From the NCBI GenBank assembly GCA_951804945.1, contig OX638164.1, positions 6,262,001 to 6,326,000 of the forward strand: DNA of 64,000 nt. The letters are read 5' to 3'. The notes beneath the pieces were generated by a model. It did no database searches and had not been told where the DNA came from. It saw only the letters and a program-made list of their open reading frames with translations. Below, piece after piece: positions 1-12,800 of the stretch. The stretch comes from Podarcis cretensis. Its lineage: Eukaryota. Positions within the stretch are counted from its first letter, which is position 1. Each line of letters starts with the position of its first letter. Made by a program: the position numbers and the translations under genes.

Positions 1-753
1 AGATAAAGGTCCAAATCTCCACTCAGCCATGAAGTTCACTGGATGATTTTCAGTGTTGTTTTTTTAACTGATCACTCCTCCTGCTGTGATGTCAAATGTT
101 TTTTTGTGACCCACTCCACCCAAATTGTGTCACTTAAAGCATTAACATTTCTTGTTTTGCAAAACCCACCTTTTACACTTTGGTCCCCGGAGGGTCAACC
201 ATCGGTCAACGTGGTCCTTGGTCCGAAAAAGACTAACCACCCATGTTCAAGACAAAATCTCTTACTCCCCTGTAAATAGGAGGCTGTGCTGCCTTTGTGA
301 AAAAGTTCCCTTTATTACAGATGTTCAGGGTGTGAGTGCTAATACTTATCAGCCAATGGGGAGCTGAAATATCTACCCATGAACAAGATGGAAGGTTACT
401 GTTTTTGTTTGTTACTATGGTACGCATTTTTGTGTTTTTATATTGTAAACTGCCCTGCAATCCTAGGATGAAGGGTGGTATAGAAAGTTAGTTAGTTAGT
501 TAGTAAATGACTGAATGAATGAAGCCTGCAGGCTTGGGCTAGGGAAGCATGAGGTTGGCAGAAGCACAAGTAATAAATAAAATGGCTTCTCCCTAATCCT
601 AGTCCAACATTCTAACCACTATGCCACACAGTCTTGGCTATATATATATCCAACAGGCCTATTCCATGGATGTCAGCACTCTCAGAAAGCCAGAAATGAC
701 TAGTGGTTTCAAAGCAGGCCCAAATCACAGAAAACTGAGCGCTCTGGACCCAC

Positions 754-867
754 CTCGTTCAGCAGAGAGAAGATGCTGACTGGGCTGCCTTCGATTACGT
801 CCAGGCAGCACTGGTTGTCCTGGTAGTTGATGAAAGACCACTCCAGGCCTTCTGCAGCATACTCTTC
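754..867 (-). CDS. MYO19: MYO19 exon ([12 protein letters not shown]...FSLLNE)
   Basis: 114 nt, CAG acceptor and GTGGGT donor, phase 0/0. Confidence 0.93.
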
Positions 868-3800
868 CTGGGGAAACAGAAGAAGGAGGAGGTGGGGGGG
901 CCACTCACAGCATGTTGCCCAAGCCACCCCCCCCCCCGATGTTGGAACTGGATGTTGCAAGAGAGCCTCGTGGGAGAACCTGAACATGGGCATTACCTGC
1001 TGGGCTTTGAGGAAATGGCTTACAAAATGCTGCTGCAGTTTCTCATTGGCATAGTTGATGCACAGCTGCTCCAGGTGGTTGTCCGGAAAAGATTCGAAGC
1101 CGTAAACATCCAACAGACCTGGAAGTTGGGGTGGGAGACAAGGTGGCTGATCCAGCAATCTGGGGTGCTTCACTTAAAACAATGTCCTGCCCTCCCCCGC
1201 TCCAGGGTCGCCAATGTGGTGCCCGCGAAAAGTCTCTAGAATAATCCCCTCCAAACTCCACAGCGTACAAGAGAGGTTTGCTCTTCCTGCTCAACTCCTG
1301 TCTGCACTGGGGTGTCGGAAGCTGTCTCATATCAAGCAAGACGATTGGTCTATGTAGCTCAATACTGTCTACACCGACTGACAGCAGCTTGCCAGGGTTT
1401 CAGGCAGGTAGTGTCTCCTAGTCTTACCTGGAGATGCTGGGGAATGAACCTGGGACAGAAGATACTCAGCCATTGAGCTTTGGGGCCCTTCCCGCTAGTT
1501 GCCAGGATTGGACACCACCCGTCCACCCATTCTGAACAGAGCAGAGGAGCATACAGCTTCTCTCTATAAGCAAGCATGGAAGTGGCTGGTTGAAGTGCCT
1601 TTTCCACCACTGATGGGGATGACTGAATTTTTGGGGGTGGGAAGCAGGGCATCTTGACATCATTTTGTGGTCCTATCTCTCCTGCTCTTTTAGATGTGGC
1701 AGGCATTTTGTGTCATGGTGCATGTCCCATGGCAGCAATCTTGGGCCCACAATACTTCCTCAAAATTCAAAATTTGCCCCATGGGCAAAACCCCACATTG
1801 TCAGCCTTCACCCGCAAGTGGGATTCATGTGACCAGTCTAGAAAGTTATTTGCAAATTGAAAGTATTCCCTGCCTGGGTTTCAAGAGAACTATCGATAAG
1901 AACAACGAAATGTGAAATACAACCTAGAACCCTCTCTGACCACAACCCAATTATGCTGGAAATAAAAGGTAAATCATTGGGCCCATATAGATGGAGAATG
2001 AATGAATATTTATTTGAAATCGATGAAATAATTGAAAAGGCTAAAAACACTCTGAAAGAATATTTTGACATAAATTTGAATAAGGAAACAAAAATTGATA
2101 TAGTTTGGGATGCGAATAAGGCGGTATTAAGAGGATTTTTAATACAACAGAACAGCTATAGAAAAAAACTGAGAGAAGCAAAGAAAGACGAAATACTTAA
2201 ACAATTAAGAGACTGTGAGGAAAAACTAATAGTAGATCCGAGGGATGAGAGGACTAAACAAATTGCTAAAGTGTTACAGACAGAATATTCGACACTAATA
2301 AGCCAAGAAGTAGAATGGAGAATTAAATCAATGAAGCAAAAATATTTTGAATCTGCAAACAAAACGGGGCGTTTACTGGCGTGGCAACTAAGAAAAAGGA
2401 AAAACCAGAATGTAATTAACAAAATTAAAATAGGAGAGCAAATATTAGAAGACCCCGGTAAAATAGAGGAAAAATTCCTACAATTTTACGAAAATCTCTA
2501 CAAAAAGGAAGATGAAGAGCCAGTAGAAATAGAAAATTACCTGAGGAGGAATAAAAGAGAGCAGCTGACGGATGAAGAAAAAATATATTTAAATAAATTA
2601 ATAACAACAGATGAGGTTAAAGATGCAATTAAAAAAATGAAGCCAGGGAAAGCGCCAGGACCGGATGGTCTGTCACAAAAATATTATAAAGTCTTAGAAG
2701 AACATCTGGCTCCGGTCCTTCGCGATGTAATGAATAATACCCTACAAGGAGGAAGGATGCCTAACTCCTGGAAGGAGGCCTACATAACTTTAATTCCGAA
2801 ACCAGAGTCGGATAAGTTGGATATCAGAAACTATAGACCGATATCATTACTTAATAACGATTATAAGATCTTTGCGGAAATAATGGCTAATAGGCTTAAA
2901 AAATACCTATCAAAATCTATCCACAAAGATCAAGCTGGTTTTCTACCAAATAGATACCTAAAAGATAATGTAAGACATATAGTAAATGTCATTGAATACC
3001 TGGAACTTAAGATCGACATCCCGGCAGCCTTAATCTTTATCGATGCTGAAAAGGCATTTGATAATGTATCCTGGCAGTTCCTACTATGCAGAGAGTTGGA
3101 ATGGAGGGGCCATTTATGGAGGGTATAAGAGCAATTTATTTGGGTCAGAAAGCCAAGTTGATTATCAATAATAACTTAACTAATTCGTTTGAGATCTCGA
3201 AAGGTACAAGACAGGGACGCCCCCTATCTCCTCTCTTGTTTATTATGGTGTTAGAAATAATTACAAACAAAATAAGGGAAACCCCGGTAATAAAAGGAAT
3301 TAGTATTGGAGGGAAAGAATACAAACTAAAAGCCTACGCAGATGACTTGGTAATATCATTAAGAGATCCAGTAGAGCATATCGATAAAGTCATGGAGTTG
3401 TTGGAAGAATTTGGGAAACTGGCTGGCTTTAAACTGAATAAGGCTAAAACCAAGATGTTAACAAAGAATATATCTGAAGATCAAAGAAACCAGCTTGAGC
3501 AAAAAACGGGAATTAAGGTCGTGAAAAAGGTGAAATACCTAGGTATTTGGATTACTACGAAAAATATAAACTTAGTGGAAGATAATTACATAAAGACCTG
3601 GAAAGAAGTTAAAAAAGATTTAGAGACCTGGAGCCGGCTAAAACTCTCCTGGTCGGGGAGGATGGCAGTAATCAAGATGAGCATTCTTCCAAGGCTGCTG
3701 TTTTTATTTCAGAACATCCCGGTGATTAGGGGCACAAAGTTGTTCAAAGATTGGCAGAAAACCCTGTCCAGATTTATCTGGCAGGGCAAAAGAGCAAGAA

Positions 3801-6800
3801 TTAAATTCAAACTACTCACAGACCGTAAAGACAGGGGAGGGTTTGCGGTCCCGAACCTGAAATTATACTATGAGGCCGCATGTTTGTGTTGGATCAAGGA
3901 TTGGATTGCGTTGAAAAACACGGACTTGTTAGATCTGGAGGGATTCAATGCTAGATTTGGTTGGCATGCGTATTTATGGCAGGATAAGGAGAGAGCACAT
4001 AAAGGATTTGCCAACCATGTCTCTAGAGGAGCGCTACTTGAAGTATGGAACAGAAATAAGAGACTTATAGAAAAGGACACCCCATGTTGGCTGTCACCAA
4101 TTGATATCATCATAATTAAAAAAACTAACATGGAAGGACAAAGATGGACTTATGAGGAACTATTGACAAGATCAGATAAAGGATGGAGACTCAGACCTTA
4201 TGAGGAAATACTTGGTTGCAATACTATCAAATTAATGCATTATGGAACGAGCATAAAAAAATAGGGATGAGTGAGAAAAAGTCCAGATATCAGGTGGAAA
4301 TAATAGAAGGAAATTCTAAACTCCTTTCTAAAATGTATAATCAACTACTAGATTGGGACACCAAGGATGAAGAAGTGAAGGAAGTTATGATCAAATGGGC
4401 CATAGACCTTGGATATAATTTAGAATTTGATAGGTGGGTGAAACTCTGGAACAAGGATATGAAATTTACAGCATGTGTTGGACTCCGAGAAAATTTACAA
4501 AAAATGATGTACAGGTGGTATATAACCCCTGTGAAATTGGAAAAAATGTACAAGACCGGGGACAAAACTTGCTGGAAATGCAAATCAAAAGAGGGCGACT
4601 TCTTTCACATGTGGTGGGCCTGTAGAGAAGTGAAAAGGTTTTGGGGACTTATTTATGATGAACTAAAAAAAATATTGAAATACACCTTCCCTAAAAAACC
4701 TGAAGCTTTCCTCTTAGGAATGGTAGGGGAGGAGATAAGACGAGAAGACCAAACCATGTTCCAATATGCAACGGCAGCGGCCAGGTTACTTTTAGCGCAA
4801 AACTGGAAGACCCCCAATATCCCAACTATTAGAGAATGGCAATCCAAATTATTTGAGTATATAGAGCTAGCAAGGATGACACAGAAGATCAGGCATCAGA
4901 AAAATGTTAAATTTATTACTGATTGGAATAAATTCTTTACATATATAGAAAAAATATAGGAAATATTAAAATTACAGTAGGTACAATATAAAGTCTGAGA
5001 GGTACTGATACAGATGGTAAAAACAAACTGCAGGGAGATAAGGTTAAAATAGAGCTCAAACCGTGATGGAGGGAAGTCCTTAATGTAATGTAATTGGATA
5101 TATGTATGTGTTTATTTGTGTATTTTTTGTTTTGTTTTTTGGTTTTTTTTTCTCGTTTCTGTTGGTTTATATGTGTGCGTTGTTTTGTTTTTAATTTGCA
5201 TTGAAAATCAATAAAAATTAATAATAATAATAATAATAAAGAAAGTATTCCCTGCCTCCAACCCTACCTCACCCCAGGTCTGAATGATTTATATCCAGGC
5301 TGCAGAATCCAGCTTTTTAACAGCACAGAGTCTGGATTTCCTGGGTGCAAGAGTCATATGCTTGTGTGTGTACACAGTCCAAATAACCCTGTTGATACCC
5401 CACACCCAGCAGGGATTGAAAAATGTTACCTATGAAGTTGTTCCAGACAGAAGGATCTGCATTGATGCTTCCATTGATCACGGCCACCAGCCAGTCAAAT
5501 ACCCTGCAATAGAAAAATGCTACTGTGCCATCCCAATTGGCTGGAGAGACGGAGACGCTGTTTGAAGCAGCTACAAAGGGAGGAGGCAGACACAGAGAAG
5601 CCTAAACGTTTGTGGCACAGCTCTTGTGCAGGGCTTAATTTTCTAGCCTAAAATCTGTTTCCGTATTGAGACTGAGACTTAGGACAAGTGAAAGAATGAT
5701 CCTTTCCCCACCTTGCCTCCCCAAAAGCACACATGCTTTGTGCAGAGTTAACTTGGGGAATTGCAAAGATGGGCTCAAACCAACATTTAAAGCAATGGCC
5801 CTGCAAAGGTTGTCTGATCAGACAACTCTCATCATCCGGCTGGTTGGAGGCTGGTGGGAGTCGGGAGTCCAAAACATCTGGAAGGCCACAGGTTCTCCAT
5901 CAGGGCTCTAAAAAATTGTGAACCTGAAAAGGTCTAAACACAAACTTGGCCAAGCTGGTTTTCCTTACGAGTGAGAGTTGCTCCGACTAAGTTGCGGCAT
6001 ATCTGCGTAGCAGGGTTCCAACCAATCAGCCTTCCCCTTTTCCAGACACTCCATTCCATTCCATTCTCCACCCATAACTCCCGGCTTCCTATTTCCAGCC
6101 AGAGGTGGCAGTCCCGGGTGGGCGACCTCCCACAGGCCACATCCCAGTGGTGTGCAGGGCCGGAGCAAACATGGATGGAAAGCAAATGTTATCTCTGAAC
6201 TATAGGCTAGTTTCTACACACACTCCTCTATCCCCCCTCCAGACAAGCAAAGAGGCACCATCAAGGTTCAGGGGCACATCTCAGCCATGCCAATTATTTA
6301 AAGGGGGGTATGAAGTTGGTGAGGGGTGTGGCTGGGAAGGAGGAGTGGCCCACAGAGAGCTCTGAGGGCCACAGAAAGTGTCCTGGAGGTTGCAATTGCT
6401 CCCAGGCTTGAGGTTCCCCACTCCTGAATCAAGTAAACAGAATCATTATCATTGTCTTGCAGTTAAAACCACTTGGAGACTAGCACAATGCAGCAAATAA
6501 GGCACTGGGCTTGGAATGTGAAAGCCAAACCAGACCCAGATCTGCCGCACAGGTTATATTCTCCTCCGCAGGCTTGCCTACCTTACAGGAGTGTTACCAG
6601 GACAGAATTAGGCTGCTCCTTTTCTTTTGTGGGAGAACAAAAGGCAAAAAAGACAAAGAGAGAGGGTGACACAGAAGAAGCTCCTGAAACAAGGTCCAGA
6701 GCACTTACTTGGCATAGACAACCTTGGCAAGACAGTCCCTTCTCGTCCCACATTCAACCTTGGGGCAAGCCTTCTTGAATACCTGCCGTTGCTTCCCAGC

Positions 6801-9800
6801 CGTTATCGTCCGGATCCACAGCGTTTCCAGCAACTGCTCTACAGGCACCTTTAATAATCTGGAAGCAGTCTTTGCAAATCCTGGGTTTGGAAGATTTTTA
6901 TTTTTTTTTAAGGTTCTGTGGCTATTTTAAAAAAAGATTCCCACTTAATCTTGCGGTTTGTCCTTGGTTCACCACTCATTCTTTTCTGGGAGCAAGACAA
7001 CTCAAAAAAGTTCACACACAACCTTAAGCCAAACCACACTTTAGTGATTTCCCCTCTAAATACCCGCATGATGCTCTCTGTCTAAGCCATGGTTTGGAAG
7101 TATATTAGTGTGAAGGAGGCTGCTGTAATTCTTGCCTACCATCCCGGGAACTTTGGTTGAAGGCTGTTCTAAAAATATAATGAATAATACAACCAGTTTG
7201 GTCAGGAATTGGAGGGATCATGGCGACTCACCTTTGGCGCTGTCGTCCAGTTCACAAGGCTGCGACTCGTCCTCAGCCTCAGAGAACTGGATGTTTCCCA
7301 GGTGGAGAAGACCTGCTAATATCTGGGGGGAAAAAGAGACAAGATGCTTCAGGGGTGGGAGAACACCTTGGGGCACATAGACTATTCAGGTTAGCTAGGA
7401 GCCAGCACTCCAAACGTCCCTGCAGAATCTGGGTAGGAAGTCATCAATGTTCACCCAGCCAACGATTTAAGCCAGAGGTAGGGAACCTTTTTGACCTCAA
7501 GGTCTGTATTCCCTTGTGGGCAACTTTCTGAGGGCCACATACCACTGGTGAGTGTGGCCATCCTCCTTCCAGGCATTAGGAAGAGGCATTACCATAGTAA
7601 AGCCACTAGCAGGGGCACAGATCTGTGTTTCGACCAACCTTGAAAACATTATTCTGCGTGTAGCAGTCAATGCCCAGATGCGACATCGCCTCTCGTGTCA
7701 CCTCAAAGGAGTCCTCTGTGGAAGAGAAAGAAACCCTCAAGTTAGAGAAGGAGATGGTGTGTCTCTTAAGAGTATTATCCCCATTGGGAAGAAAGGTGTG
7801 AAATGGTGCTGCTGGTGGAGCAATGAGTGGGCGGAGCAATGACTGCAAAATTTCTCTTTGTATAGTAGGTTAGTTTCTACACACATTCACACACACCCCT
7901 CTTTAGCCTCCATCCAGGCAAGAATGTGGTAATAGTAACAACATCTTAAGGACCACAAGTTTCTAGTTTTCAACGCAGCAGCAGTTGCAACCCCCCTGAC
8001 AGATAACCATCCAGCCTTTACTTAATAGAGAGCCTACATTTATTTAAGCTTATTCTTAAACTTCCCCACTGCTTCCCCTAAAGCAGCTGAGGTTCCTTTT
8101 ACAATATATGGTCCCAAAGCAACACCTTCTAGAGTCTTTTCAGGATTCGGAAGCCAGCAGAATTTTGCTCCTTCAGGGACGTCCCATTCCAGTCGTTCTT
8201 CGTGACTGGCACCTTTTGCAATCTGGAAAGGAAGAGTAAACAGTTCAGGAAATTCTCCTCAAAGCAAGCCATGGTAGCGTAACCAGCAAATTATATATGT
8301 GTGTGTGTAGAGAATGTAGGGAAGAGTAAAATGAGGCAAGAAAAGGGAATCACCCTTTCACATTAGATTTAAAAGCAATGGCACAAGATGACCTCATGGC
8401 AAAACCACGGTTTGGAGCCAAAACCGTGGTGGTTGTAGCCAAGCCTGTTCTACTCAGAATAGACCTGTTGAAATGAATGGACTTAAGTTAGTCATGCCCA
8501 TTAGTTTTAATGGGTTTACTCCAAGTAGAAGTCAGATACAACCCATGGTTTCCAAAGCGCACAACAGCCAAAGAACGGATTTTGAGCAGCATTTCTGCTT
8601 TCATATTTTAAAATGTGTAGCTTATATTAAGAGAGGGAAATGTTTTCATACAAGCAAAAAAAAAGTAACGAAAAGTATTACAATCATATGTAACCTAAAA
8701 TCTAGCTGAAGACAAAACAATTACCGTATTTTTTGCCCTATAGGACGCACCGGCCCATAGGACGCACCTAGATTTTTTTTGGGGGGGGGAATAAAGGGAA
8801 AAAAAATTATTCCCCCCCCCCAGGCGCGGGGCTGGGGCGGGGGAAGCCCGAGCTTCCCCCGACGCCAGCCCCCAGAACGGGACCCAGAGCGATGCCGAAG
8901 CTGCGGGGGGGGGGGGGAATAAAGGGGGGGAAATTATTTTCCCCCCAGGTACAGGGCTGGGGCAGGGGAAGCCCGAGCTCCCCCCTCCCCCCTCCCGGGA
9001 CCCAGAGCCATGCCGAAGCTGCGTGCAGCTTTGGCATCGCTCTGGGAGCTTGCGGGGCTGGAGGAGGGGGAAGCCCTCCGCCAGCCTTCTAACCAAGTCG
9101 GGGGACAGCGGGAAAGGTGTGCTGCGCCTCCCGCTGTCCCCCGGGTTTGCGGGGCAGGCGACGGGGAGGAGAGGCTTCTCCCCCCTGCCAGCCTTCTAAC
9201 CAAGTCAGGGGACAGCGGGAAAAGCGCGCTGCACCTCCCCGCTGTCCCCCGAGCTTGTGGGGCTGGCGGTGGGGCTCTCCTGAAGCCTGGAGAGCGAGAG
9301 GGGTCGGTGCGCACCGACCTCTCTCGCTCTCCAGGCTTCAGCGAAAGCCTGCATTCGCCCCATAGGACGCACACACATTTCCCCTTCATTTTTGGAGGGG
9401 GAAAAGTGCGTCCTATAGGGCGAAAAATACGGTACAATATTTTCCATGCAAAGAGACATTTGCCTAAACTAAGGAATTTGCATACAGATTTGCCAATTTA
9501 AAAAAATGAAGGAATGAGGAGTTAACATCATTGTTTTCTTTACTCCCCAATTACTAGTAATATACAGAAATATAAATAATATACGTCTGCCTAAGCTTAC
9601 TTTCACAAAACCCACATCTTGGAATAAACAGGAGCGACCACACAGAATCCATCCCTAGAATCACCAGACAGGGCAGGGAGAGATCCTTGCCTGAAACCTG
9701 CTGCTGCCACCCAGTGTAGACAGTATTGAGCTAGATGGACCAGTGATCTGACCTGGTATGAAGGCTGCTTCCTGTGTTAATTAACTGACATCAAATTATT

Positions 9801-12800
9801 TCAGGGGATTTGCTCTTTGTGTTCAGTTAATTTAGAAATACTTATCAAGTTAAAGTTATCGATTTTGGGACCCTCAAAGAAGCAGAAGCTAGATACTGAC
9901 TGTGCATTCCCACGCATGTAAACATACAAAAAGGAAAGGTCACGTATTTGAAATAATAACAACAAAAAACACCGACGGCACAAACCTGGTAGAAGATATG
10001 AAAGTTCCTTTCACAGGGGGCTTGGTAGGCAACCCTTGTTTTCTCCAGCAGGAAAGTCTGGATGGAAGCACTTGTTAGATGCTGAGACCTGGAAAAAAAT
10101 GCTCAGAAATAATTTTTCTTTATATTTCTAAATATGTGGAAGTTTGTGAACCCCATCAATTCCAAGGATGAATGCCAAGTTCAGCACATGTTCTCATGGC
10201 AATAAAGACAGCACAAAATTTGCAGTTAGGAATTGGTGGCAATGTCAGGCAACTTCAGTGCTGTCGAGCTGTTTGTGTATATCTCTAGGTTTTTTAAAAA
10301 TTCATACCTGTTTAACTGAAGCTGGATGTATTTGCCAAAACGGCTGCTGTTGCTGTTACGAAGGGTACATGCGTTTCCTACAAAGTCCAGCCCAAGTGGA
10401 GAATGAGAGAAGAGGTAGATTAATGATCAAAAATCAAAAATAACACACCAGTCAAGGCAATTCTCCCTCTCAAAGAAGGAAATGTAGCGGGTTGACAGAC
10501 TCTGAGAATAGACAGCTCACCATTCATATGGACACAATGGGAAATCGCTGTTACTGTAGAATAGGGTTGCCATATGACTGGAATTTCCAGTACATGGCCA
10601 GAATACTGCCGTCGGAAGCAGTGTCCAGGCGGAAATCTCCAAAATGTCTGGGAAAATCCGGAGGTATGGCAACCCATTTTCCTTTAAAATAGCTCCAAAA
10701 AAGCTCAACAACTTTGGGTAAAACTAAAAATTGCTCAACAACTTTGGCAAAAAAACCCTTTGTGTCCGGATTCTCACTTTTTGAAATATGGCAACCCTAT
10801 TGTAGAACAGACATGCGAAACTCCTGGCCTGCTAGACCATTTCCCCCAAGCCACACACATCTGTACCACCTGATGTCATATGTAGTTTCAGGTGTGCAGC
10901 ATATTAAGATATGGCTGCAGATCAACAGCTGGGAGCCTTAAAGTATACCGATCATACTTTGAAGGCAGTTTTCTATTTGGTGGCTTTTTAAAATGAAATT
11001 GGTGGCAATTTGAAATGAAAGCTCAGCTAGGATTCTTTCTACTCAGGAAGCTTTCAAGTCATGGTTCGCCTGCTGTCCACAGAACCCAAACCACAGTTCA
11101 CACAATCTGTGGCTTGGCAGTTTGATCTGTGCTGCTACACTTGCAGGAATATATCTATTCAAAAGTCATATTTACCAAAGGCTTCCATTACTGGGTTGGA
11201 GTCCAACACCCTCTTCTCTATCCTTTCCACTGCCACGCTGCCTTTGGGGACGGTGGAGGACGAGGCGACTGTGGCGTAAAATTTCATCAGGCAACGGGAG
11301 GTCCATGTCTGGAAAGATGGTCATGAATGTGAGCTGTGGGCTGCTCTTGACAGATGTCATTGAATCAGAAAGGTGTTTACAGGGAGGAAAAGAGGGAAGG
11401 CTGCTTCAATGAGGCCACAAATGAAGAGCTAGCATTTTGAGACTGTTCTCACGTGCACAGAACTTGCTGCTGAATGCGTGAACAGGCACTGCTCAGCTCA
11501 CCTATGTGCTAAACAGAATGGCCAATGACTGTAGGCAACTTGGACTCACACGCTCCAACCTTCCGTCTCCTTCCCCATTTATCAGTATAGTAAAAAATAT
11601 TATCCCACCTGCCATCAATGCCGATACCAGGACAGGGTACAGAAAATAAATGCCAGCCAACCAAGTCTTAAACATACGAAACACATACTAAAATGTTCAG
11701 AACAAATAAAGCCGCAAAAAAACTACAGAGCAAGTAAAACAATCCACCACCTCCATCCCTGCGATCAGCAGGTGAGGTGTTAGTGCTGCCACAGGGAGCT
11801 AGCTGGTGCTGACCTGCAACATGGCCTTTTCCAGTGGTGGCTCCCAGTCTGTGGAATACCCTCCCTGGGGAGGTGCATCTGTCTCCCTCAATACTGGCTT
11901 TTCAGGATGATTTGAAAGACATTCATGTTTACCCAAGTTGATGGCTGAAAGATACGATCCTGACAACCCTGAAATCATGGGCTGAGGGAATGTCATTGCT
12001 TTTACGCTGTTTTTGAATGTTTCTAATGATCTTGTTTTAATGATATGTTTGTGGCCCTGGTGAGATATATAATGAATAAACAGCTTACACAATTTTAAAA
12101 TGCCTGAGCATATAAGTAAGGTCTTAGCCTGGGGCCAAAATGACAGCACTGGCATCGGTTGAGGAAATGCGGCCTTTGGGTCTAAAAAAAGGTCCCCACC
12201 CCTGGGTCATAATAAGTGATGGTTTCCCAAGCTTGGATTCAATAGGAAACTGCATTGTATTATCAAAACCAAAAGTGGATGGCTCATAAGCACACTTGGA
12301 GAAAGCTCCTTGCATGTGGTAAACAATGACATCAGGGCTACATTGCACCTTTCTCAGATATGGTAGCTGTCCACATGCAGGGAACTTTGCACGCATCGGG
12401 AAAAGCCTTGCACTTTGAGATAATGCATGAAAGAAAAAGTTATGTTCACTATTCACCTACACAAGCCAGCAACATGGTCTTCCCCCAGAGATGGGTGAGC
12501 AGTTAGCCGATCACAGAGAGATGCCTGAAGGAAGTATTTCCCTTACCTTCCCAGCTCCGCTTTCGCCGCTCACAATGATGGACTGGTTTACAGGCAGGAT
12601 CTGGCTCTGGACATTCCTGTAGGTCTCCTCTGCTACCACGAAAACATGAGGTTTGAGTTCCTAAGAAGCAAAAGAGCGAACACAGATGTGTTTTTGGAAG
12701 GAAAAAGCTACTGTCAGGTGCAGCTCACTAAATGCAGGGATGGGGAACCTGTGGCCTCTGGATCTTGCAGACTTCAGCCCCCATCATCCGTGACCATGGG

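Noticed and set aside
1857-1875. Apparent start of the 423-aa ORF, suggesting a host-L1 fusion gene
   Set aside because: The start is a TTG in flank/TSD sequence that is in frame with truncated ORF2 by chance; no promoter or splice evidence
8695-9501. Cluster of 80-167 aa ORFs on both strands
   Set aside because: All lie in a GC-rich MITE; low-complexity, no transposase motifs
10330-10360. Switch I reads NSNSSRFG rather than NNNSSRFG
   Set aside because: That position is variable in myosins (NxNSSRFG)
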